From assembly GCA_041674765.1 (NCBI GenBank), contig JBAYVE010000004.1, forward strand, positions 26,751 through 90,750: 64,000 nucleotides of DNA, read 5' to 3'. The translations under genes were made by a program, and so were the position numbers. Origin of the DNA: Patescibacteria group bacterium. GTDB lineage: Bacteria > Patescibacteriota > UBA1384 > XYA2-FULL-43-10 > 1-14-0-10-43-13. Below are positions 1-8,194 of the stretch, one piece after another. Below the pieces are notes generated by a model. That model had not been told where the DNA came from. It made no database searches and saw nothing but the letters and a program-made list of their open reading frames with translations. The first letter of the stretch is position 1, and the number at the start of each line of letters is the position of its first letter.

Positions 1-300
<300 letters not shown>

Positions 301-455
301 AGTGGGGAAGGTAGAACGTAGAGCGGGGAACGTGGAACGTAGATTGGGAATGTAGAACGTAGAATGTAGATTGGGAACGTGGGAGGGGGAAGGTTGAGTG
401 TGGAGCGGGGAACGTAGAACGTGGAATGGGGGATAGAGAGCGTCAATAAGGAATA
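301..455. repeat. Purine-rich degenerate tandem repeat (units like GGAACGT / GTAGAACGT / GGAATGTAGAA)
   Basis: Direct reading: gtagaacgtagagcggggaacgtggaacgtagattgggaatgtagaacgtagaatgtagattgggaacgtggg...; related copy at 41621-41712. Confidence 0.8.
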
Positions 456-460
456 AAAAG

Positions 461-488
461 TGGCCGGTCACTGGCTGCTTTTTTATTT
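461..488 (+). terminator. Putative intrinsic terminator after serS/repeat
   Basis: Imperfect hairpin gccggtcactggc followed by TTTTTTATTTT. Confidence 0.5.
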
Positions 489-562
489 TGGAAACTTTGG
501 TACAATAAAACTGATATTGCATGTAGAAATTTAATCGGCTAATTTGTTAGAAAGGAGCCAGG

Positions 563-931
563 ATGAAGGTAGAATTTCATATTAAAGACATTGTGATTAG
601 CGCTAAACAGAAAGCATTGATCGAGAAGAAAGTGATGAAATTGAAGCGGTATTTGAAAGATGAGCCGATGATAATCGATATATATTTGAGGGATGAAACC
701 AGCCCTGAGAAGGGTGGCACGGATCAAGTAGTTGAATTATCGGCAGTTTTTGGTTCTGAAAAAATCTTTGTGCAACATGTCGATGACAGATTGATGCGTT
801 CCTTTGCTTACGCCTACAAATCCTTTGAGCGTGCAATGTCGGAATTCCAACGGAAAAGATTGGATAAGACGCAAAAAGGATCGACCGGTAAAATTGATAG
901 AGCACTACGACGGTTGGGAATAAGAAAGTAA
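563..931 (+). CDS. hpf: ribosome hibernation promoting factor / ribosome-associated inhibitor (YfiA/HPF family, short form)
   Basis: MKVEFHIKDIVISAKQKALIEKKVMKLKRYL...IDIYL pattern typical of HPF/RaiA; RBS aggagcc upstream; directly upstream of secA. Confidence 0.75.
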   Translation: MKVEFHIKDIVISAKQKALIEKKVMKLKRYLKDEPMIIDIYLRDETSPEKGGTDQVVELSAVFGSEKIFVQHVDDRLMRSFAYAYKSFERAMSEFQRKRLDKTQKGSTGKIDRALRRLGIRK

Positions 932-1226
932 GACAAGTTTACTGATGTTTTGTCCGAATGTAATGAGTACTTCTCACGCTCGAGCACCAAGCGTTCGAAG
1001 AATAAGTTATATATTTTTTAACTTGGTATCAGTTGCAATTGCTTTCATTGTATTGGGACTTTACTCGTGATAATATCTATTATGGCTGATGCCATTCTTT
1101 TAACTTAAAATTTAAAACGGAAAAGTTAAAACCATAATTTAAAAGGCAAAAATTTTCCGTGAGTTAAGTTTTACTGTTTTTGGGTTATGGTTTTTAGTTT
1201 TAACCTTTAATTTTTGAGTTATTATT

Positions 1227-4070
1227 ATGTCTTTACTCGATAAAATCTATAATCCCAGCCGTAGGGTGATAAGCTCCCTTCAGAGCCAGGTTGCGAAAAT
1301 CAACGCCTTTGAAAGCGAACTTAGCAAATTATCAGATGAGGCTTTGAAAGCCAAGACCTTGGAATTCAAAGAGAAGCTCGCTGATTTAGGCCGGCAGAAT
1401 GAAATCATAGAGGAGATCACACCCGAAGTTTTTGCGGTCATGAGAGAAGCGATGAAGCGTGTTTGGGGAGAACGCCATTTTGATGTCCAGCTGATCGGTG
1501 GATTGGTTCTTCATCAGGGTAAGATCGCCGAGATGAAAACCGGTGAAGGCAAAACGATTGTGGCTACTCTGCCCTTGTATCTGAATGCTCTGACCGGTCA
1601 GGGAGTCCACCTTGTGACTGTGAATGATTATCTTTCCCGCCATCAGGGAGAAGGAATGGGGGAAGTATTTCATTTTTTGGGTCTTTCTACCGGTATTATC
1701 CAGAGTAATCAGGAAACTTATCGTTTCGTTAAAAAACATAATTACAAACATTATTCGGAAAGTGAAGGCCTAAACTTAGAGCCTTGTTCGCGTAAGGATG
1801 CTTATGCTTGTGATGTCACTTATGGTACAAACAACGAATTTGGTTTTGACTATCTGCGCGATAACATGGCGCCGAGCGTTGAACTCTGCTCTCAGCGGAC
1901 GCTTAATTTTGCTATCGTTGATGAAGTGGACTCAATCCTGATCGATGAGGCTAGAACTCCGTTGATTATCTCGGCTCCGGCAGAGGAATCAACTGGCATG
2001 TATCAACAGTTCGCCTCACTCGTGCCACGGTTGAAAGAGGGAGAGGGATATATCGTCGATGAGAAGGACAAGGCAGTTTCGCTGACAGATAAGGGAATCG
2101 CCGAGATGGAAAAAATGCTTCATATAGACAATATTTATGAAGCCGGTGGTATCGCGATGGTTCATCACCTGGAGCAAGCCCTGAAGGCGCATGGTTTATT
2201 CAAAAAGGACCGTGATTATGTCGTCAAGGAAGGGGAAATTATTATCGTTGATGAGTTTACCGGCCGTTTGATGGTTGGCAGACGTTATTCGGAGGGACTC
2301 CATCAGGCAATTGAGGCGAAGGAAAATGTTGAAGTAAAAAGTGAGTCGCAGACCTTGGCTACAATCTCCTTCCAAAATTTATTTCGCATGTACGGAAAAT
2401 TGGCTGGTATGACCGGAACTGCCGCAACGGAAGCAGAGGAATTCTACAAAATTTACAAACTCGATGTTGTGGAAATTCCAACAAATAAATCAGTTGCCCG
2501 CAAGGATTTTCCTGATCAGATTTATAAAACGGTCGAAGCTAAGCTCGATGCGATTGTCAAAGATGTCAAAGAGAGAACCGAGAAGGGTCAGCCGATTTTG
2601 ATTGGTACTGTTTCTGTCGAAAGAAATGAGTTGCTGTCGAAAAGCTTGAAGAGGGCTGGCATCAAGCACGAAGTTTTGAACGCGAAGCAGCATGACCGTG
2701 AAGCCAAAATTATTGCCAAGGCAGGCCTCAAGGGCGCGGTGACTGTGGCAACAAATATGGCCGGACGCGGAACCGATATCAAATTGGGCGAAGGTGTCCG
2801 GGAAGTTGGAGGATTGCATGTTCTTGGTACTGAACGTCACGAGGCACGCCGTATTGACAATCAGCTCCGTGGCCGTTCCGGAAGGCAGGGCGATCCAGGG
2901 TCTTCTCAATTCTTTGTTTCGATGGAAGATGATCTAATGAGAATTTTTGGCGGCGAGCGGCTGAAGAATCTAATGAGTTCGTTGGGTCTGCCTGACGACA
3001 TGCCAGTCCAGAATGCGATGATTTCACGCTCAATTGAATCAGCCCAGAGAAGAGTTGAGGGATATAATTTCGACATTCGAAAACATCTCGTTGAATATGA
3101 TGATGTGATGAATAAGCATCGCGAGGTCATTTACAGGAAACGAAGAAGAATACTGGAATTAGAGGTCAACAACCAACAATCAACAACCAGCAACCAATCA
3201 AATTCCAATATTCAAAATCCAAATGACTATGAGACCATTGGACAGTCAGAGCCGACTGACCTGAGAAGCGAGATTCTCGAAATCATTGATGATGAGATTG
3301 AAGCAATAATCAATTTGAATATTGAAAACCCCGATAAGGCCAAATCGGAACTGACTGTAATGCTTGGTTCCCCGGTAGAGCTTTTGGATATGGAAAAACT
3401 AAAGGCTCAGGCAATAAGCCTTTATGAAGCTCGAGAAGAAAAGTTTGGGCCGGAAGTGATGCGTCAGATCGAGAAAGCGGTGTATCTAAGGACGATTGAT
3501 ATGCTTTGGGTCGAGCATCTGACAACGATGGACGAACTTCGAACCGGTATTGGACTTCAGGGTTACGGCCAGCGTGATCCTCTTATCGAATATAAGCAGG
3601 AAGCTTACCGTTTATTCGAAGGTCTACTCCGAAGCATTGAAAGTTCTGTGGCTAAAACAATTTTTCGCGTAGAAGTTTCTGCGCAACCCCAGCCGAGACC
3701 CATAGAAGAGAAAAAGCTGGAATATACTCAGCCTGATATTAGTGAAGTAGGCGGATTTGAGAATGACCTGCCCGCAGTCGCTAAAGCCCAGCTTTTGCAG
3801 GCGGGAAAAGAAGATCTGGCAGTTGCTCAGAAGATGCTTGCTATTCAGGCAGAGAGCCAAAAGCAAAAGGTTAAAAACGATGAGCTTTTAAAAAAATCAT
3901 TCGGTAAAGGCAGCAGCGTATATGACAGAATGAAGGAATCGAGTGCCTCAGGGCCTGCCTCTCAGGTCAGAAATAAATTATCAAAAGTCGGCAGAAACGA
4001 TCCCTGCCCATGCGGAGCGACTAAGGCAGACGGACGCCCGGTAAAGTACAAACATTGTCACGGGAAATAA
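1227..4070 (+). CDS. secA: preprotein translocase ATPase SecA
   Basis: 947 aa with DEAD-like motor motifs and C-terminal zinc-binding tail CPCGATKADGRPVKYKHCHGK; contains a low-complexity N/Q/S insert. Confidence 0.97.
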   Translation: MSLLDKIYNPSRRVISSLQSQVAKINAFESELSKLSDEALKAKTLEFKEKLADLGRQNEIIEEITPEVFAVMREAMKRVWGERHFDVQLIGGLVLHQGKIAEMKTGEGKTIVATLPLYLNALTGQGVHLVTVNDYLSRHQGEGMGEVFHFLGLSTGIIQSNQETYRFVKKHNYKHYSESEGLNLEPCSRKDAYACDVTYGTNNEFGFDYLRDNMAPSVELCSQRTLNFAIVDEVDSILIDEARTPLIISAPAEESTGMYQQFASLVPRLKEGEGYIVDEKDKAVSLTDKGIAEMEKMLHIDNIYEAGGIAMVHHLEQALKAHGLFKKDRDYVVKEGEIIIVDEFTGRLMVGRRYSEGLHQAIEAKENVEVKSESQTLATISFQNLFRMYGKLAGMTGTAATEAEEFYKIYKLDVVEIPTNKSVARKDFPDQIYKTVEAKLDAIVKDVKERTEKGQPILIGTVSVERNELLSKSLKRAGIKHEVLNAKQHDREAKIIAKAGLKGAVTVATNMAGRGTDIKLGEGVREVGGLHVLGTERHEARRIDNQLRGRSGRQGDPGSSQFFVSMEDDLMRIFGGERLKNLMSSLGLPDDMPVQNAMISRSIESAQRRVEGYNFDIRKHLVEYDDVMNKHREVIYRKRRRILELEVNNQQSTTSNQSNSNIQNPNDYETIGQSEPTDLRSEILEIIDDEIEAIINLNIENPDKAKSELTVMLGSPVELLDMEKLKAQAISLYEAREEKFGPEVMRQIEKAVYLRTIDMLWVEHLTTMDELRTGIGLQGYGQRDPLIEYKQEAYRLFEGLLRSIESSVAKTIFRVEVSAQPQPRPIEEKKLEYTQPDISEVGGFENDLPAVAKAQLLQAGKEDLAVAQKMLAIQAESQKQKVKNDELLKKSFGKGSSVYDRMKESSASGPASQVRNKLSKVGRNDPCPCGATKADGRPVKYKHCHGK

Positions 4071-4172
4071 GTTCTGAATTTTGTGAAAATCAAGCCGAGT
4101 CCCTTTCGTAGCTTTAGCGAAGGGGGACGGTTCTGGTAAGAAATATAAGAAATGCAACGGGAAATAACATAT

Positions 4173-4267
4173 CTACCTCACCTAGCCTCTCCTAAACTAG
4201 GAGAGGGATTAAACAGGATCATTGCAATTATTTCCCCTCCTGGATCAGGAGGGGTTAGGGGAGGTAG
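4173..4267. mobile_element. MITE-like hairpin repeat block (left copy) with ctacctc...gaggtag termini
   Basis: ctacctcacctagcctctcctaaactaggagagggat + second hairpin cccctcctggatcaggagggg; 37-bp core identical to 4630-4666. Confidence 0.7.
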
Positions 4268-4653
4268 TAAAAATAGAATATATTTTCAATAATAAAGATA
4301 GTGCTGATCTCAGGCGCAATCTTCGGAAGAATATGCCTATTACAGAAGTGGTTATTTGGCAGAGAATCAGGGCGGGCCAATTGGGTGGCTATAAGTTCAA
4401 AAGACAATATAGCGCCGCTAATTTTATTTTGGATTTTTACTGCCCATTAAAGAGACTAGCGATCGAGCTTGACGGTGAAAGCCATTATTTGGGCAACCAA
4501 AAAGAATACGATAAAGACAGAACTAAATATCTGAATTCGCTAAATATAAAGGTTGTTCGATTTACCAATAAAGAAGTGATGGAGAATATTGAGGGCGTGA
4601 TTGAGAGGATACTATCAATTTTAAATGAACCTACCTCACCTAGCCTCTCCTAA
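4222..4653 (+). CDS. DUF559 (Vsr/endonuclease-fold) domain protein
   Basis: LRRNLRKNMPITEVVIWQRIRAGQLGGYKFKRQ...ILDFYCP..LAIELDGESH...VVRFTNKEV matches the DUF559 signature. The ATG at 4222 lies inside the left repeat block, so the true start is uncertain. Confidence 0.75.
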   Translation: MQLFPLLDQEGLGEVVKIEYIFNNKDSADLRRNLRKNMPITEVVIWQRIRAGQLGGYKFKRQYSAANFILDFYCPLKRLAIELDGESHYLGNQKEYDKDRTKYLNSLNIKVVRFTNKEVMENIEGVIERILSILNEPTSPSLS

Positions 4654-4773
4654 ACTAGGAGAGGGATCAGAACGGGATCATCATGGCTACTTTCCCTTAT
4701 TTGATTAGGAGTGATTAGTAGGGCCATTGCAGCTACTTTTCCTTCTTCGATTAGGAGGGATTAAGGGAGGTAG
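4630..4773. mobile_element. MITE-like hairpin repeat block (right copy), direct repeat of 4173-4267 with a longer middle
   Basis: Same 37-bp core, shared ggatcat/attgca middle and terminal ...gggaggtag; overlaps the 3' end of the DUF559 ORF. Confidence 0.7.
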
Positions 4774-4788
4774 AAATCAGAAGCAATC

Positions 4789-5544
4789 TTATTTATTCTT
4801 ATCGGGACAAAGATCCCAAATTAAACGGAACCAAGTTCTATAGGTTTCTGCGAGTTCCGGATTAATCATGACAAAGATTGTGCCGTCCTCGCCGAAATTG
4901 CCAATGCCAACACTAGTAAAGGTAACGACATAATCTCCGAAAACATCGGTGACCCCTGGGGCTTCGTAGCCTTTGGGTAAAATTTTATATTCACCTCCGA
5001 CATTTTTGAGCGCCTCTGGCAGCTCTTTTTTGACTCTGGGATCGTAAAGAGTGTAATATTTCTTACCCTTTCTGGTCATCGCATCCTTATAGTCATCCAA
5101 ATACTGTTTCTCGACCCAGGGGGTAAACCAGAGGCCCTTGGCACCAAGAAAATAGGTATCCTCCGCCACATTGGCCATATCTCGAAGGTAATTTTTGTAG
5201 CCCTCTTTGCCCTTGTAAATAAAGGCGGCTTCTTTTTGGGGCTCAGTTTCATACATTTTTTTTAATTCAGGCAAAATATTATTCAACTGCTCCGACTGTT
5301 TCTGAAGCATCTCCTGCAATTTATCAGGACTGACCGCTCGAAATTTATTCTCTTCTTTCTTGAAAATACGAAAAACAAGGCCCTTTTCGATAAGGCGATT
5401 GAGCGTATCGTAAACATTGCGCCTGTTAACATCGGCTTTGAGTGAAATTTCGGCTACGCCGATCTCATTGGAAGAGAGTAGCGCCTCATAAATTTTTGCT
5501 TCATTGGGCGAAAGCCCTAAGTTACTAAAGATCTCTGAATACAT
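4789..5544 (-). CDS. TrmB-family transcriptional regulator
   Basis: N-terminal winged HTH (LGLSPNEAKIYEALL..GVAEIS) plus C-terminal TrmB-like sugar-sensing domain length. Confidence 0.6.
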   Translation of the reverse strand: MYSEIFSNLGLSPNEAKIYEALLSSNEIGVAEISLKADVNRRNVYDTLNRLIEKGLVFRIFKKEENKFRAVSPDKLQEMLQKQSEQLNNILPELKKMYETEPQKEAAFIYKGKEGYKNYLRDMANVAEDTYFLGAKGLWFTPWVEKQYLDDYKDAMTRKGKKYYTLYDPRVKKELPEALKNVGGEYKILPKGYEAPGVTDVFGDYVVTFTSVGIGNFGEDGTIFVMINPELAETYRTWFRLIWDLCPDKNK

Positions 5545-6100
5545 TTTTTCCTTTTCTTCCCCTCATTTTTAAGGAGGGGCTAGGGGTGGTTTATTTATTA
5601 ATTTTCAATTTTTAATTTAAATTTTTCTAATAACTATCAACGGATCAAATCTCTTCTAGCGTGTCATCCTCGGGACCGGCGGTGTTCTCTAGAGTGGTGC
5701 CTCATTCGAGTCTGCCTTCGATTCACACTCAGGCCCTGAGCCTGTCGAATGGGAGCCTGAGGGCTCTTCCCTCAGAGTCGAAGACCGGGGACCCAATTCC
5801 TTTTTTGCGGTGTCATCCTGAGGAACCGAAGGATCTCTGAACTTGTTTCAGGTGGCATTGACTTCGCATTCGCGAGGGATTCTTCGCCTCCTCAGAATGA
5901 CAGACTAATATGGTGTATAACTGATAGATTCTTCGCCTCCGAGAACATTGGCTCAGAATGACAGTTGTTATGGTGTATGTAATCACCATATGGTGATATT
6001 GACCACTCATTAACTTTATTATATACTTGCTCATCGTTCTTGTCAAGGCTTGCTTTGGTGAGAATGTTTTAAATATCAATCGAGCTCAAATTATGCTTTC
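5545..6100. repeat. Cluster of dispersed MITE-like repeats. Modules present: gtcatcctcgggacc; cctcagagtcgaagaccgggg; ctcagaatgacag; gattcttcgcctcc
   Basis: Modules recur at 20512-20740, 27545-27684, 30047-30225, 36294-36700, 40865-41000 and 45685-45960; no convincing ORF. Confidence 0.8.
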
Positions 6101-6150
6101 AAGCCTGGTTGGAGCTAGGACCTACACAACCTAGAGCGGGAGGGAAAGGT

Positions 6151-6789
6151 ATGCCAAGAATAGAGAGTGCAATTATCATCACTGATGATATGCGTAATCT
6201 GTTGATGCATTGTTGCCGATTGAGTGGGCTGACTCAGAAAGAGCTTGCTCGGAGGGCAGGAGTGGAACAGTCATGGGCTAGCAGAGCCTTAAATGGGAGT
6301 CGGAAACGTGTCGAGAGAGCGCTTATTCAAAGTACGGTCAAGGTAGTGGCGTCTGCCCTTGAAGAAAAACAGGAGATAGATTGCGAGCAAGCAGCAGCGC
6401 ACCTAAGAAGCGCTTTCGGCGTCGGCGGCGAGCTGGTTACAAATACAGCCATGTTGTTCCGGACGATAGCCATCACCGGGCTTGTAAATTGCGGTCTCGG
6501 AATGACCGATGAGCAGGCCGTGGTATTCTGCAACCTGCCCTGTCTATTCACGCGTTTAGAAGCAGTGAAAACGATTCTGCGCGGCTTGGTTGCTATTGCC
6601 AATGCGTCAAATGGCAAGGCAGCGGAAGCTGTCGGCCAAATGATTATTGTGGGGATTGTCAATTGCGGTCTTGGGATCACGGAAGACCAGGCCAAGAAAT
6701 TCGTCTCACAACCGAATCTGGGCGAGAGAATTGACAGTGTATTGAGTGCAATGAGTGCCATCGCGGCCGCATTCGAAACTGGCAATTGA
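6151..6789 (+). CDS. HTH (XRE-like) domain protein with two CGLG repeats, paralog A
   Basis: RBS gggagggaaaggt before the ATG; LTQKELARRAGVEQSWASRAL helix-turn-helix; internal repeats GLVNCGLGMTDEQAVVF and GIVNCGLGITEDQAKKF; GC about 52% versus about 41% in flanking DNA. Confidence 0.7.
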   Translation: MPRIESAIIITDDMRNLLMHCCRLSGLTQKELARRAGVEQSWASRALNGSRKRVERALIQSTVKVVASALEEKQEIDCEQAAAHLRSAFGVGGELVTNTAMLFRTIAITGLVNCGLGMTDEQAVVFCNLPCLFTRLEAVKTILRGLVAIANASNGKAAEAVGQMIIVGIVNCGLGITEDQAKKFVSQPNLGERIDSVLSAMSAIAAAFETGN

Positions 6790-6815
6790 GAAGAAGCGAA
6801 AGGAAGGGGGCAAAT

Positions 6816-7463
6816 ATGCCGCAGGTGGAAGTTACCCTACTAACGGGAGAGATGACAGATCTTCTCGTTAAATGTGTGAAAACGAGCAAGCTCAACCAGA
6901 AGGAATTGGCCGAAAAGGCGGGAGTACAACAATCATGGCTAAGCCGTCTTTTGAGGGGGGATCGCCATCGTTTAGAGGTAGAGTCGATCAATAAAGTTGT
7001 CGGAGCATTGGCTAAAACACTTGACACGATGGGCGCTGCTGCAAGCAATCAAGCAACATATCTCAGAGAAGTCTTCTTTGGCGATGTACTGAATGCCGGG
7101 CCAATGAGTGCTGTCAAAAAGATGGCTGTGATTGGGCTGATGAAATGCGGCCTCGGCATCGACGCAGATAGGGCGGGGGAAATGTTTGATAGTGATCCCT
7201 GTCTGATGACGAAAGTGCAGGGAGCCATTCAAGTGCTTAAGGCGATTGAGGCAATCATCAATGCAATCCCTGACAGTCTCAAGGACGCGGCAGTTGGGGA
7301 GATGATCACATCAGGGATCGAAGATTGTGGCTTTGGAACTCCTCATGATGTTGCCCGTGAATTCTGTAAGCCTGACGCGAAGGAAAAAATACAGAGGGCA
7401 GTGAGTGCCTTGAGCGGAGTGAGCGTCGTCATCGAGATCGCCCGAGGCGAGGATCGAAGTTAA
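6816..7463 (+). CDS. HTH (XRE-like) domain protein with two CGLG repeats, paralog B
   Basis: RBS aggaaggggg; LNQKELAEKAGVQQSWLSRLL HTH; repeats GLMKCGLGIDADRAGEMF and GIEDCGFGTPHDVAREF; same architecture as 6151-6789. Confidence 0.7.
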   Translation: MPQVEVTLLTGEMTDLLVKCVKTSKLNQKELAEKAGVQQSWLSRLLRGDRHRLEVESINKVVGALAKTLDTMGAAASNQATYLREVFFGDVLNAGPMSAVKKMAVIGLMKCGLGIDADRAGEMFDSDPCLMTKVQGAIQVLKAIEAIINAIPDSLKDAAVGEMITSGIEDCGFGTPHDVAREFCKPDAKEKIQRAVSALSGVSVVIEIARGEDRS

Positions 7464-7492
7464 TAACTAGTGACGCGCTAGCGAGAGTGGAC

Positions 7493-7540
7493 AAAAACCG
7501 ACCGTCCGGCGTGCAAGGATGCACAAAGGGCGGTTTTTTT
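7493..7540 (+). terminator. Putative intrinsic terminator after the HTH pair
   Basis: aaaaaccgaccg...gtgcaaggatgcac...gggcggttttttt compound hairpin with T-run. Confidence 0.5.
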
Positions 7541-7601
7541 AATTATTAATTTTAGTTATAATTTAATTGCATTTAATATTAGTCAACCTGAAAAGGAATC
7601 T

Positions 7602-8120
7602 ATGGAAAATAAAAGTGCTATACATTTTTTGATGACAGGTGGGACTATCGATTCTTACTTTGATCCGATAGAAGGCACAACGATACCCACTGAACACTCG
7701 TATATCCCAAAATTCATTCCCTTATTAAAACTTTATGAGAATTGCATTTTTACTGAAGTTTGCATGAAGGATAGCCGTGATTTGCTGGAAGATGACCGAA
7801 AGAGGCTGCTCAAAGCTATTAAAGAAAGTGATTCTCAAAGAGTAATTATTACTCATGGGAGTTATACTGTAAGCGATACCGCAAGGTTTATTCAGGAAAA
7901 TTTCAGAGAGAAAAATAAGACGATAATATTTGTTTGTGCGATGGTGCCGCTGGATGGTTTTTCACCGACAGACGCAGGGTTTAACTTAGGGTATGCGGTT
8001 GCTAAGTCTCAGGATTTGGAACCAGGTATATACGTTTGTATGAATGGCAGAGTATTTGACGCCGAAGAAGTTACAAAGATCCTTTCTGAAGGCAGATTTG
8101 GGTCAATCTATACTAAATAG
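7602..8120 (+). CDS. asparaginase/glutaminase family protein, N-terminal domain only
   Basis: LMTGGTIDS (TGGTI motif) and VIITHGSYT (THGTDT-like); only 172 aa, so it lacks the C-terminal domain. Confidence 0.5.
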   Translation: MENKSAIHFLMTGGTIDSYFDPIEGTTIPTEHSYIPKFIPLLKLYENCIFTEVCMKDSRDLLEDDRKRLLKAIKESDSQRVIITHGSYTVSDTARFIQENFREKNKTIIFVCAMVPLDGFSPTDAGFNLGYAVAKSQDLEPGIYVCMNGRVFDAEEVTKILSEGRFGSIYTK

Positions 8121-8194
8121 CTCGATTCAACCACTTGGGCAGGCGGAGGCTGCTGGCGGTTTTTTAAACCTCGAAATTTGGTTATAATAACTAT

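Noticed and set aside
1100-1226. Imperfect long palindrome upstream of secA (cggaaaagttaaaaccataa ... ttatggtttttagttttaacc)
   Set aside because: It is AT-rich and imperfect and could be a chance structure or a weak operator. The evidence is insufficient to call it a feature, and it is not repeated elsewhere in the window.
1386-3866. Several 60-140 aa minus-strand ORFs inside secA
   Set aside because: They lie wholly antisense to a highly conserved gene and lack RBS or recognisable motifs. They are typical shadow ORFs.
5813-6079. 88-aa minus-strand ORF in the repeat cluster
   Set aside because: It runs through MITE-like modules that are repeated elsewhere without an ORF. There is no start context.
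6327-7048. Antisense ORFs of 152 and 123 aa within the GC-rich HTH pair
   Set aside because: High GC lengthens random ORFs. The sense-strand genes have RBSs, HTH motifs and a paralogous structure, which the antisense ORFs lack.
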